Assembly: GCA_002269645.1 (NCBI GenBank)
Contig: NIVC01000240.1
Coordinates: 496,001-560,000, forward strand
From: Macrostomum lignano
Taxonomy: Eukaryota
Length of the DNA stretch: 64,000 nucleotides
Reading direction: 5' to 3'
The position numbers and the translations under genes were made by a program. Below, one piece after another: positions 12,001 to 23,745 of this stretch. Numbering within the stretch: the first letter of the stretch is position 1; every line of letters begins with the position of its first letter. A model generated the notes under the pieces. It was given only the letters and a program-made list of their open reading frames with translations. It did no database searches and had not been told where the DNA came from.

Positions 12001-15000
12001 CCAGAGAAGAGAGAAAAACAGAGAGTGACAGACAGCCAGAGAAGAGAGAAAAACAGAGAGTGACAGGCAGCCAAAGAAGAGAGAAAAACAGAGAGTGACA
12101 GGCAACTAGAGAAGAGTGACAGACAGCCAGAGAAGAGTGAAAAACAGAGAGTGACAGACAGCCAGAGAAGAGAGAAAAACAGAGAGTGACAGGCAACTAG
12201 AGAAGAGTGACAGACAGCCAGAGAAGAGTGAAAAGAACAAAGAGTGACAGACAGCCAGAGAAGAGTGAAAAACAGAGAGTGACAGACAGCCAGAGAAGAG
12301 TGAAAAACAGAGAGTGACAGACAGCCAGAGAAGAGTGAAAAACAGAGAGTGACAGGCACTAAGTTATCAGTGAAGTGCATTGAGTCACATTAATTGGCTG
12401 CAAGTGGACTTCAAGTGGACTTGTACTGCTATTAGTTAGAGCTGCTGCTAAGTTTAATTGGAACTAAAAGCTTATAAAAAGTGCATTTTGACTTGGCATA
12501 GGATCCGTTATTTACCAGCTTGTAAATATATATATATATATATATCTGCATCCTGAGCTGTTGTTAGCTTATGTTTCTACATGTATGTCGTTTCTCTGAT
12601 GTGTACCAAAGCATAATATAATTTTCCTAATGTTGTCCAACCCAAATTAGTTTAGTTTAGTTTAAAATTGATGTGCGCAACTTAATGCTAGTTTCAGTAA
12701 AAATACTAGCATATTAATTAAAAAAGAAATATTTTGTACCTAGGTATTGCCGCTTGTCTTAGCATGTTTTGTTTAGAAATGCGAAATTATTAATTAATTA
12801 TCTATAAGCATCTGGCAACCAACCCGCATGCACTCAACGCAACCAATTGCTGTGCCAATTCCAATTTTTAGGATGCCTACTGGCATAAGGTAAATCAACC
12901 ATTGCCCGAACAGAAGATGGTTGATCAAAACGATTTTCAAACTCCCCCCTCCCCTGCATTCATTTTGTTTCTGTCTGTGTGTGCTGTACGCATAGTGCAG
13001 TACAAGCAGTGCTTATTTGTCCTATAGTGTATTTATATCATCGGTGATTACAATATCCGCTTACACCCCACAGTTATTACCCAATTGTACTTCTGTATGT
13101 ACTACAGGCATGTGGCTGTTAATCATTTGAAACATCCACCAATCAAATCAGGAATCTAAACAATTAATCTGTCGATCAATAGTCAAAACGATCAATCAAT
13201 CAGTCAATCAAGAATCAAAACGATCAATCAATCAGTCAATCAAGAATCAAAACGATCAATCAATCAGTCAATCAAGAATCGAAATGATCAATCAATCAGT
13301 CAATCAAGAATCAAAACGATCAATCAATCAGTCAATCAAGAATCGAAACGATCAATCAATCAGTCAATCAAGAATCAAAACGATCAATCAATCAGTCAAT
13401 CAAGAATCAAAACGATCAATCAATCAGTCAATCAAGAATCGAAACGATCAATCAATCAGTCAATCAAGAATCAAAACGATCAATCAATCAGTCAATCAAG
13501 AATCGAAACGATCAATCAATCAATCAGTCAATCAAGAATCGAAACGATCAATCAATCAGTCAATCAAGAATCGAAACGATCAATCAATCAGTCAATCAAG
13601 AATCGAAACGATCAATCAATCAGTCAATCAAGAATCAAAACGATCAATCAATCAGTCAATCAAGAATCGAAACGATCAATCAATCAGTCAATCAAGAATC
13701 GAAACGATCAATGACTCAATGCATAAAGTTAAACCAATCAATCAATCAGTCAATCAAGAATCGAAACGATCAATGACTCAATGCATAAAGTTAAACCAAT
13801 CAATCAATCAGTCAATCAAGAATCGAAACGATCAATGACTCAATGCATAAAGTTAAACCAATCAATCAATCAGTCAATCAAGAATCGAAACGATCAATGA
13901 CTCAATGCATAAAGTTAAACCAATCAATCAATCAGTCAATCAAGAATCGAAACGATCAATGACTCAATGCATAAAGTTAAACCAATCAATCAATCAGTCA
14001 ATCAAGAATCGAAACGATCAATGACTCAATGCATAAAGTTAAACCAATCAATCAATCAGTCAATCAAGAATCGAAACGATCAATCAATCAGTCAATCAAG
14101 AATCGAAACGATCGATCAATCAGTCAATCAAGAATCAAAACGATCAATCACTCAATTCATAAAGTTAAACCAATCAATCAATCAATCAATCAATCGATCG
14201 TTTAAGTTGAATTTTAATAAATGTTATTTATGGTACAGCTGTATTTGAAATTGGGGTCCATTCACCCTCGGGCCTTGGTTAAAGACTGGTTAAAGACTAT
14301 CCTACCCCACATTTGCTTGCTAATATGCCTCCTAAGTATAGTTTTAAAGCGTGTCGGTTTCTCGATCGCGGCATTCTCACCAGCGTCTATAATATTGTCT
14401 AAGTTTAGCAATCCTGGTTAATAGTTAAGACTGGCCACGGTGGGGGAATTGTGATTTAGACAGGGCCACGGTGGGGGGATGGTGATTCAGACAGGGTCAC
14501 AGTGGGGGGATGGTGATTCAGACAGGGTCACAGTGGGGGATGGTGATTCAGACAGGGCCACGGTGGGGGATGGTGATTCAGACAGGGCCACGGTGGGGGA
14601 TGGTGATTCAGACAGGGTCACAGTGGGGGGATGGTGATTCAGACAGGGCCACGGTGGGGGGATGGTGATTCAGACAGGGTCACAGTGGGGGGATGGTGAT
14701 TCAGACAGGGTCACAGTGGGGGGATGGTGATTCAGACAGGGTCACAGTGGGGGGATGGTGATTCAGACAGGGCCACGGTGGGGGATGGTGATTCAGACAG
14801 GGCCACGGTGGGGGATGGTGATTCAGACAGGGTCACAGTGGGGGGATGGTGATTCAGACAGGGCCACAGTGGGGGATGGTGATTCAGACAGGGCCACGGT
14901 GGGGGATGGTGATTCAGACAGGGCCACGGTGGGGGATGGTGATTCAGACAGGGCCACGGTGGGGGATGGTGATTCAGACAGGGCCACGGTGGGGGATGGT

Positions 15001-18000
15001 GATTCAGACAGGGCCACAGTGGGGGATGGTGATTCAGACAGGGTCACGGTGGGGGGATGGTAATTCAGACAGGGTCACGGTGGGGAGATGGTGATTCAGA
15101 ATTCCAAACCAAAATACTCAGTAAAATCACACCTGGCCTGCTAGTTCACAAAGCATGCAATAGTTTTCATAATTTAATATTTTTGCGCTGATTGCAACAT
15201 CAATTATTTCTGACTCAAGCTTGATTTGGTGCGCGTCCCTTATCGAAACAATATCAGCTGACTGTAGAATCTGCCTTGGGCTCTGTGCGTGCTTGTGTTT
15301 CTTTGCTGCTGAACTCCAAAATTGCACGCGCTCGATCTGCTTTTTTGTAATTACGGGGAAACTTATCAATATCTAGCATTGTACTCGTACCTACTTGCAG
15401 TAGCATAGGCAGGTGTCCTCACAGATACTAAAATAACTGGATGGGCCACTCAGGCACATATACTTCGTAAAACAGCTTTCTACTTTCAGTTCAGTAGCAA
15501 AGAAGAAAACATAAGCTATTTTATAGAAATAAAGGCAGCTGAAATGACTGATAAGTTTAGAAGCCCAAGCTTGCAGGCGTAAACAGCTTGCTAATTGGTT
15601 CAGCAATAATGTACATTAGCCAGTCCACTGAAATGTACATGGCAGCTTTAGGCTGGAATTCCGAGGAAGGCAATAAAAATTGGGGCGAGGCTGGGCTAGT
15701 GTGGAAAGGTGCGGTTGGAGGGTTTAAGCTGGGGGGAGAGCCTTGGCTTATAAAACACATTAAAATGCTTCAGTTTAACTTACTACTGAACTAAAAGTAG
15801 TTTGCACGCAAATGTGAGGAGTGGCCCAACTAATTATTCTAGTATCTGTGGATGTCCTTGATTTCTGTTACAGAAAAATCTTTCACTGCTTTATTTTTCC
15901 AATGTATTGGCGCCATTTTTAGAAGTTTGCCACAACTAGGCGAGCTGGCAGAGTAAGTGGTTTGCTATTCTAAATCATTTATTGACTAATCATTTGACTA
16001 TTAGTTTGACCATTCAGCATTTTTGTGAATTTATGCTTGTCCAGGGCATTCGTGAACTGCTTTATAGACTCGTTTATTTTGTTTATTTGTTTGTTTGTGT
16101 TTTTCTGTCTATTGTCTTCTGTAGGCCTCTCGTTCTGAATTTTCTCTAACCTTTATCTGTTTGTTTAACTGTTTTTGATTAAATCGAAATCATGGAAATT
16201 TAAATCACATTCAGACATCTCACCTGCATGCCTCCTTCCTAAATACTAAATTCCCAACGCTTAACAAGCAACTGGTCACAAGCATTACTGCTACTGGCAG
16301 CCATCTGAACCTCTTGGCAACCACCCAAAGCCTTAGCAACCACCCAAAGCCTTAGCAACCACCCAAAGCCTTAGCAACCACCCAAAGCCTTAGCAACTAC
16401 CCAAAGCCTTAGCAACCACCCAAAGCCTTAGCAACCACCCAAAGCCTTAGCAACTACCCAAAGCCTTAGCAACTACCCAAACCCTTAGCAACCACCCAAA
16501 GCCTTAGCAACTACCCAAAGCCTTAGCAACTACCCAAACCTTTAACAACCACCCAGACCCTTAGCAACTACCCAAAGCTTTAGCAACCACTCAAAGCCTT
16601 AGCAAACACACAAACCCTTAGCAACCACCCAAACCCTTAGCAACTACCCAAGGCCTTGGCAACCACCCAAACACTTAGCAACCATCCGAAGCCTTAGCAA
16701 CTACAGAAAGTTTTTGGCCAGTTAGAAACCATCGCCTGTTGAGCTGGTATTCAAAAATAATACGGCAGTAATTTGAATAAAAATAACACTTAATTAATGA
16801 AGATTTAACCATTGTTATGCCAGACTACTACATTGGCTAAAAGTGCATTTGTCTAAGCAGTGTTTCCATGAATGCCGATAAGCATAAATATCAATTAGGC
16901 TCTAACTGCTACTCGCCAGTCTCATACTGCAAGTAGTCAATAAATAACATGTACATAATTTTATGCTTTCAACAGTTAATTTTCGCACCGACAGTATGTT
17001 TTGGCTTTCGCTTAGCGCTGGGAAACGGACTGCCAGTCATAAATATTAAATTAGCTAATCTTCTAATACTAAAGCACAGCTTTGTGCATCACAACCTTTT
17101 GCACCATTTATTCTTTACAGGTGATATTCAGCCAGTCTACTGAGACCATTGACAGGCAGGGCAGCGTGCACTCTAGCAGTGATACCACCTCTACAAATGA
17201 GCAGACTGGTATGTTGGCATAACTGTGGTAGCTAATTATTTCTAATTGGTCACAGGTGACTCATTTGGTAGCTAATTATCTCTAATTGGTCACAGGTGAC
17301 TCATTTGGTAGCTAATTATCTCTAATTGGTCACAGGTGACTCATTTAGTACTAATTATCTCTAATTGGTCACAGGTGACCCATTTGGTAGCTAGCTAATT
17401 ATCCCTGATTGGTCACAGGTGACCCATTTGGTAGCTAAGTATCTCTGATTGGTCACAGGTGACTCATTTGGTAGCTAATTATCTCTGATTGGTCACAGGT
17501 GACTCATTTGGTAGCTAATTATCCCTGATTGGTCACAGGTGACTCATTTGGTAGCTAATTATCTCTGATTGGTCACAGGTGACTCATTTGGTAGCTAATT
17601 ATCCCTGATTGGTCACAGGTGACTCATTTGGTAGCTAATTATCCCTGATTGGTCACAGGTGACTCATTTGGTAGCTAATTATCCCTGATTGGTCACAGGT
17701 GACCCATTTGGTAGCTAAGTATCTCTGATTGGTCACAGGTGACTCATTTGGTAGCTAATTATCTCTGATTGGTCACAGGTGACTCATTTGGTAGCTAATT
17801 ATCCCCAATGTGTATCAATCAAACGCCCGTGTCCTCAGATGACCTCCTGCTCGAGGACTCGAGCAGCTCCGAGCTGCGCTACTACAACATCGTCGGCTTC
17901 ATCGACGACCAGCTCGGCTTCCTCAACATCGAGGACCCGGACAGCCCGACTCACCCCGGCCACGTCAAGCTCAACTGGGGTGTCGGCAGTGTCCCCATTT

Positions 18001-20361
18001 ACAGCGACAGCTACGGCGATGCCGCCTTCGACCGGGACGCCGCCGCCTCGCCTACGACTGGTCGCCGACTCCGCCGGGAGGAGTCTTCTTCTAGTAGCAG
18101 CGACGACGAAGAAGAGGAGCTGGTTGCCGCCCTGCCGCAGCGGGAGCCGGCCACTGGAGCCAGTCTGAGCCCGTCCTCGGCGCCGTCCACCAGCCCGCAG
18201 GAGGAGCCGCCCGGACCGGGGGAGCTCGAGTGGCAGGTGCGAAACTCAGGCGTTGAAATTTTCTCTAGGATTTAAAATCAAGGTTTCTGGGATTTGAGAG
18301 GGATTCTGGGATTCGAGATGTAGGATTCTGGGATTCGAGATGGATTCTGGGATTTGAGATGTGGGATCTGGGACGATAAATTTGGGATTCTGGGATTCGG
18401 GATGTGGGATTTTGGGATTTGAGATGTGGGATTTTGGGATTTGAGATGTGGGATTCTGGGATTTGAGATGTGGGTTTCTGGGATTTGAGTTGTGGGATTC
18501 TGGGATTCGAGATGCGGTATTTCGTGAATTAAGATTCTAAAATTCCAGTTTTGGGATCACAGAATCCAGCGCTCGCATGAGTTCCACCCCCCCCCCCCTA
18601 ATCTGCGCCAGGAGTTCGCCAGCAAAGCCTCCAGCCTGCCGCCGGACCGCCTAGGCGAACTTTACCAGCTCTGGCCGCCTGTGGTGTCCGAGGCCGGCGA
18701 CCGGCTTAGCGGCCTCTGCGCCTCCGTCCGGCCGTGGCTGCCGGCGGCCCTGGCCGATCCGCTGTGCCGCCTGGCTGACAGCCTCCGCGCCATCTCGCTG
18801 CCGTTTGTCCACATCAGCCCGGCCGTGAGTGCCAGCCACGCTGACAGCCAGCGCTACGTCCTGCTGCAGCTGCGCGACCGGTTTGAAACGTTTCGCGCCT
18901 CCAGGGATGCCTGCACCGAACGGGTGGCCGAGGTGGCGTTCGGACAGTCGGCCAGCGGCCAGTCGGAGGCCAACCAGCTTAAACTGGCCAGAGGGCTCAA
19001 CCGGTTGTGTCTGCAGGTTAGAGTTTTCACCTGCCTATTTCTACTCAATAGTAGTATAGGCTGGCCGCAATTGGGCTCGGGGTTCGGGTCATTTCAACAG
19101 TTGAATAGTTGACTGCATGAGATGCTCATTCTTCTGAACGGTGGATCATTGCTCTAATGGGTCATTTCTGTTGAATGACGGGTCAATTCTGTTGAATGAC
19201 GGGTCATTTCTGTTGAATGACGGGTTATTTCTGTTGAATGACGGGTTATTTCTGTTAAATGACGGGTCATTTCTGTTGAATGACGGGTTATTTCTGTTGA
19301 ATGACGGGTTATTTCTGTTAAATGACGGGTCATTTCTGTTGAATGACGGGTCATTTCTGTTGAATGACGGGTCATTTCTGTTGAACGACGGGTTATTTCT
19401 GTAGAATGACGGGTCATTTCTGTTAAATGACGGGTCATTTCTGTTGAATGACGGGTTATTTCTGTAGAATGACGGGTCATTTCTGTTAAATGACGGGTCA
19501 TTTCTGTTGAATGACGGGTTATTTCTGTTGAATGACGGGTCATTTTTGTTGAATGACGGGTCATTTCTGTTGAATGACGGGTTATTTCTGTTGAATGACG
19601 GGTCATTTGTTTTGAATTACGGGTCATTTCTGTTAAATGACGGTTTATTCTTTTGAATGACGGGTCATTTGTTTTGAATGAAGGGTCATTTGTTTTGAAT
19701 GAAGGGTCATTTGTTTTGAATGAAGGGTCATTTGTTTTGAATGACGGGTCGTTTGTTTTGAATGACGGGTCATTTTTGTTGAATGACGGGTCATTTCTGT
19801 TGAATGACGGGTTATTTGTTTTGAATGACGGGTCATTTGTTTTGAAATTAACTGATTTTATATAAATTATAAAATTGTACAATTATCATGATCAGAGTTC
19901 CATATCGAATTCCTATAGCCAGTTAACATTTCCAACCGATATGTATCGAAATGAACATTTTCCAGGCTGTAACATTGCACGAAGCGTTCTCAAAAGCGGT
20001 GGACCAGTTGCCAATGTCGCCAGACCAGGAAATTGTCCGCGAGTTGGCCGGCGTCCGCGACAGGCTGAGGCAGGCGAAGTTCAACCTGGGCCCCGGCAGC
20101 CTGTCAGCTCCCATTGCCAGCCAGACTCCGCTGGACTGCCTGCTGCAGGGCCGCTATCAGGACGCTATTAAACTGCTGGACCAGGACCAGCTGCTGCGGC
20201 TGTACTGCGAACACCTGGCCAGAGAGCGCGAGCCGATGCTGTGCCTCCGCCTGCCTGCCGAGGTGGCCTTCGAGGAGCGGGTTCGCTACCTGCGCAATGA
20301 CCAGCTGCAGGTGGCCGCCGCGCTGCAGGAGCTGGAGTCTGCCGACAGCGGCAGCCTGTGA
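1..20361 (+). CDS. fry: Furry-family protein (FRY/FRYL; Tao3/Mor2 homolog), 5'-partial, 13 exons, ~2074 aa in window
   Basis: Exons <1-826, 1680-2542, 2962-3316, 4398-4788, 6329-6579, 7557-7952, 8754-9428, 10030-10701, 11293-11802, 17121-17208, 17839-18236, 18612-19016, 19966-20361 (TGA). All introns GT-AG with matching phases. Furry-like motifs recognised by eye: LLPWLRPIEL, GYGSIEASEMILNNL, GRSLQ|VFRAL, LLESD|VEHE, LPGRTLNFTFDV, LPKSPS|VIFS. Exon 17121-17208 is not in the ORF track. Confidence 0.93.
850..1425. repeat. 27-28 bp minisatellite (GTGCTGGTGTTAGCTGAGTGTACAGAG)n, fry intron 1
   Basis: Tandem units read directly. Confidence 0.95.
1455..1660 (+). mobile_element. tRNA-derived SINE with CORE-like body (family A, copy 1)
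   Basis: A box (TAGCCTAGTGG) and B box (GGTTCGATTC) head, then CATTGCTTCA..CCAGCT..GTAAGATGGGG CORE-like segment; homologous copy at 57581-57825. Confidence 0.75.
2720..2950. repeat. 24 bp minisatellite (AATAATCGCCCCATAATCTCCTCC)n, fry intron 2
   Basis: Tandem units; explains the ISSNNRPI repeat in ORF 2585-3370. Confidence 0.95.
3480..4320. repeat. ~77 bp AT-rich tandem repeat, fry intron 3
   Basis: GAAAAATATG recurs at 3721 and 3798; about 10 copies. Confidence 0.9.
4948..6112. repeat. 20 bp minisatellite (GTGATGCTCCTGTCTAACAG)n, fry intron 4
   Basis: About 57 tandem units with GCTC/GCCC/GCCAC variants. Confidence 0.97.
6650..7065. repeat. 21 bp minisatellite (GAAGATCTAGACACGGAATTC)n, fry intron 5
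   Basis: Degenerate tandem units. Confidence 0.9.
7176..7490 (+). mobile_element. Putative tRNA-derived SINE (family B)
   Basis: GTAGCTTAAGTGGT (A-box-like) and GGTTTGATTCC (B-box-like) head. Its segment TTAACGCCCTTAAGGGCCAA..GGCACAGCGAAGTGAACATG recurs at ~43522-43570. Confidence 0.55.
8330..8640. repeat. ~50 bp tandem repeat, fry intron 6
   Basis: TTTGTTTTGATCTCGAGTC recurs at 8401, 8451, 8501, 8551. Confidence 0.9.
9487..9863. mobile_element. MITE with ~65 bp terminal inverted repeats starting CATGATTTTGGAGG, fry intron 7
   Basis: 9487-9551 is the near-perfect reverse complement of 9799-9863; AT-rich non-coding core; TSD not clean. Confidence 0.75.
10780..11150. repeat. 23 bp minisatellite (AAATTCCCCTGTTATCCAATCTC)n, fry intron 8
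   Basis: Tandem units. Confidence 0.95.
11985..12357. repeat. Purine-rich ~35/21 bp minisatellite (GACAGACAGCCAGAGAAGAGAGAAAAACAGAGAGT)n, fry intron 9
   Basis: Tandem units. Confidence 0.9.
13185..14200. repeat. 32 bp minisatellite (CAATCAATCAGTCAATCAAGAATCGAAACGAT)n with a longer variant unit in the distal half, fry intron 9
   Basis: Period 32 (13201/13233); source of spurious ORFs 13284 and 13967. Confidence 0.95.
14432..15100. repeat. 30 bp G-rich minisatellite (GGTGATTCAGACAGGGCCACGGTGGGGGAT)n, fry intron 9
   Basis: Tandem units. Confidence 0.97.
15420..15850. mobile_element. MITE family M1 copy 1 (TIR CACAGATACTA..., 8-bp TSD)
   Basis: Ends CACAGATACTAAAATAA / TTATTCTAGTATCTGTG; flanks GGTGTCCT / GATGTCCT (1 mismatch); inverted homologous copy at 26637-27085. 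Confidence 0.85.
16310..16700. repeat. 19 bp minisatellite (CTTAGCAACCACCCAAAGC)n, fry intron 9
   Basis: Tandem units. Confidence 0.95.
17226..17802. repeat. 40 bp minisatellite (GTGACTCATTTGGTAGCTAATTATCTCTGATTGGTCACAG)n filling fry intron 10
   Basis: 14 CACAG|GTGAC junctions counted between 17251 and 17780. Confidence 0.97.
18285..18525. repeat. ~22 bp minisatellite (GGGATTCTGGGATTTGAGATGT)n, fry intron 11
   Basis: Degenerate tandem units. Confidence 0.85.
19155..19850. repeat. 21 bp minisatellite (GAATGACGGGTCATTTCTGTT)n, fry intron 12
   Basis: Tandem units; source of spurious ORFs. Confidence 0.95.
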
Positions 20362-20384
20362 CGCAATCATAAACTCTAAGTAGA

Positions 20385-20765
20385 CTGCGGCGCTAAACTC
20401 TAGCCTGCGGCGCTAAACTCTAGCCTGCAGCGCTAAACTCTAGCCTGCAGCGCCAAACTCTAGCCTGCAGCGCCAAACTCTAGCCTGCAGCGCTAAACTC
20501 TAGCCTGCAACGCTAAACTCTAGCCTGCGGCGCTAAACTCTAAGTAGACTGCGGCGCTAAACTCTAGCCTGCGGCGCTAAACTCTAGCCTGCAACGCTAA
20601 ACTCTAGCCTGCAACGCTAAACTCCAGCCTGCAACGCTAAACTCTAGCCTGCAACGCTAAACTCTAGCCTGCGGCGCTAAACTCTAGCCTGCAACGCTAA
20701 ACTCTAGCCTGCGGCGCTAAAATCTACATAGACTGCAGCGCCAAAGTCTAGCTTGTGGCGCTAAA
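20385..20765. repeat. 20 bp minisatellite (CTAAACTCTAGCCTGCAGCG)n just after the fry stop
   Basis: Tandem units. Confidence 0.95.
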
Positions 20766-20984
20766 TTGGCGCTACGCTCAGTGTAGGACCCTTGGCCCCC
20801 TGACAAAAAAAGTTTTTTGACCATGGTACTAACAACTGAAGGTACTAAAGATTATATTTTATTTATTTATACTTGGTAAAATATTCATTCTACTAATAGT
20901 AGTTTCATATTTTAAAAAAGTTGCTCACTATAAAATCTGCCTTAATCTGCTAACTCCTTAATATTAGATAAAGAGTTCCATATA

Positions 20985-22292
20985 CGAGGGATACTCCAAA
21001 AGTTTTGCAATTCAACCACTTGCGCAAGTCGCACAATCTTCAAAACCAACTCTCTGTACAATAAACATGTACATAGTCACCACCTCAATTTTCAAGTTAA
21101 TTCATACATATACGCCTGCTCAGCCCCCAGTCAAAGTCAGAGACTCCTTAACTGTACAGCTGCAGCCATGGAATTGAATCGTGAGCAGAATCGGCTACTA
21201 ATTTGGTACTGCCACAAGCGAAAGCTCACGGCGCTTGAGACTCATGCCGAGCTACTGGCAACATTGGAGGCTCAAGCGCCGTCATATGCTACGGTTACAC
21301 GCTGGTACCGCGAGTTCCAGGCCGGCAGGACCAGCTTTTCTGACGACCCCCGGCCCGGGAGACCTCCGACAGCAGTGACGGAGGAAAACATCGTTGCAGT
21401 GCAGGAGCTGATTCATCAGGATCCGCGAATCACCACGGACATGCTAGCTATGAATGTCGGCATTGGATCGGCAGCGGTCGATACGATTCTACACGATCAC
21501 CTGAGAGTCAGGAAGCTTTGTGCCCGATGGATACCCCACATCCTGACAGATGCTCAAAAACAGGCCCGCATGGAGTTCTGTCAGTTTCTCATCGATCGAT
21601 ATGAGCACGGGAGCCATCAGCGCCGCTCTGAGGTCATCACTGGTGATGAGACGTTTCTGTATCATTTTGACGTCGAGACAAAGCGCAGCAGTGCAGAGTG
21701 GGTGCCGGAAGGTGGTCAACGACCCCTGAAAGCAAGGCGGTCCCGGTCCCAGGGCAAGCGGATGTTTGCCATCTTCTTCGACTCACAAGGCGTGGTGGCG
21801 ATGGTGAAGCTGGAGGGTCAAGCTACAGTCACTGCTCGATGGTACACTGAAGAGTGCTTGCCAGTCGTGATCGACAGCGTGACCCAGAGGGCGCCAAGGA
21901 CGGGAATGCGAGGGCGGAAGCTTCACCATGACAACGCCCCCGCCCACACGGCTGCTGCAACTCGAGCGTTCCTGGACCAAGAGGGCATTTCAACGCTACC
22001 ACACCCGGCCTACTCACCAGACCTCGCCCCCTGCGACTTCTGGCTCTTTCCAGAAATCAAAAAGTCGCTTAGGGGGCGCAGGTTTCAGTCCGACGAGGAG
22101 CTGGAGCAGGCGGCGAAGGAGGCGATTGACGGCATCCCAATTGAAGACTTCCAGGGCTTGATGAACAAGTGGCTCGGACGAGCGCACAAGTGTTTGCAGT
22201 TCCGGGGAGCCTACTTTGAAGGATTGTAATAGAAAAGTTTGGCAAAATTAACTTTAAATAGTCGAATTGCAAAACTTTTAGAGTATCCCTCG
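20985..22292 (+). mobile_element. Full-length mariner (Tc1/mariner) DNA transposon
   Basis: 29-bp TIRs CGAGGGATACTC(C/T)AAAAGTTTTGCAATTC with one mismatch; TA at 20983-84 and 22293-94; single transposase ORF. Confidence 0.96.
21168..22229 (+). CDS. Mariner transposase, D,D34D, 353 aa, uninterrupted
   Basis: Motifs PGRP, WIPHIL (WVPHEL-like), TGDET, HHDNAPAH, YSPDLAPCD; 34 residues counted between the second and third Asp. Confidence 0.95.
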   Translation: MELNREQNRLLIWYCHKRKLTALETHAELLATLEAQAPSYATVTRWYREFQAGRTSFSDDPRPGRPPTAVTEENIVAVQELIHQDPRITTDMLAMNVGIGSAAVDTILHDHLRVRKLCARWIPHILTDAQKQARMEFCQFLIDRYEHGSHQRRSEVITGDETFLYHFDVETKRSSAEWVPEGGQRPLKARRSRSQGKRMFAIFFDSQGVVAMVKLEGQATVTARWYTEECLPVVIDSVTQRAPRTGMRGRKLHHDNAPAHTAAATRAFLDQEGISTLPHPAYSPDLAPCDFWLFPEIKKSLRGRRFQSDEELEQAAKEAIDGIPIEDFQGLMNKWLGRAHKCLQFRGAYFEGL

Positions 22293-22899
22293 TATTGTTA
22301 GCTTCGCAAGTGTGCGCTGATTAATCTGTCTACTAACCGTCGCCTAGTCACCCTGAGGCTGCCGGCCCCCTTATGTAGATAAAGCAATTATGTATTTATG
22401 ACTCAGTGATTATTGATTATTGAAACTATAATGCAGAGAAATACATATATTAATCAAAGTGCGCGATATTGCTCTATATTTATAGCCCAGCTTTTTCTAT
22501 GCGCATAGTTGTGTATATATATTTATTAAAAATGGTCGCATACGCTTTGATTATCAATCTTCATTTTGATTGACAGTATTTTTGGCAGCCACATATCATT
22601 GTTTGCCATTGTACTCGCCGGCATGTAACTCATAATTCATAAGTCTTGCTTGCCCAGTCCTGTCGAGTGTTTGCCCGCTGGCCCAGCGGAGCACTAAGCT
22701 TTACTTGCTTAGCTATTAATCTCTGGCTTGTGGGTAGGTGGGGAGCATTGATAGCTATGGCTTTGGCCTATGCCTCCGCTATGGACTACTAGGACTGTGC
22801 TGTCTGGTCTGGAAACGGCGCCCCCAAAGAAGGCAGGCAAAGTTATTTATATGGAGCCCTTTGTCATTAGCTTCGGCAGCCCTAGCAATAACGCTCCTG

Positions 22900-23745
22900 G
22901 TACTGGCGTCCCTGGCACTGGCGCCGCTGACATTGACGTCACTGGCATCACTGGCATTAGCCTAGCCGCATTAGCGCCACTGGCATTCATGGCACCAATG
23001 GCATTGGCATCACTGGCATTAGCGCCATTGGCGTCACTGGCATTAGCGCCATTGGCGCCACTGGCATTAGCGCCATTGACATTGGCGTCACTGGCATTGG
23101 CATCACTGGCATTGGCATCACTGGAATTAGCGTGAATTAGCGCCACTGGCATTCATGGCGCCAATGGCATTGGCGTCACTGGCATTAGCGCCATTGACAT
23201 TGGCGTCACTGGCATTGGCATCACTGGCATTGGCATCACTGGAATTAGCGCCACTGGCATTCATGGCGTCACTGGCATTAGCGCCATTGACATTAGCGCC
23301 ACTGGCATTCATGGCGTCACTGGCATTAGCGCTATTGGCATTGGCGTCACTGGCATTAGCGCCATTGACATTGGCGTCACTGGCATTGGCATCACTGGCA
23401 TTGGCATCACTGGAATTAGCGCCACTGGCATTCATGGCGTCACTGGCATTAGCGCCATTGACATTAGCGCCACTGGCATTGGCATCACTGGAATTAGCGC
23501 CCCTGGCATTCATGGCGTCACTGGCATTAGCGCCATTGGCATTGGCGTCACTGGCATTAGCGCCATTGACATTAGCGCCACTGGCATTGGCATCACTGGA
23601 ATTAGCGCCACTGGCATTCATGGCGTCACTGGCATTAGCGCCATTGGCATTGGCGTCACTGGCATTAGCGCCATTGACATTAGCGCCACTGGCATTGGCA
23701 TCACTGGAATTAGCGCCACTGGCATTAGCGCTCGGGGTGTTAGCG
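22900..23745. repeat. Modular repeat of 9-nt blocks (GGCATTAGC/GCCACTGGC/ATTGGCATC etc.)
   Basis: Mosaic of 9-nt modules with larger repeated blocks. Confidence 0.9.

Noticed and set aside
14221-15400. Antisense exon-like ORFs in fry intron 9
   Set aside because: Phases do not join, frames contain stops and there is no recognisable domain; probably TE debris.
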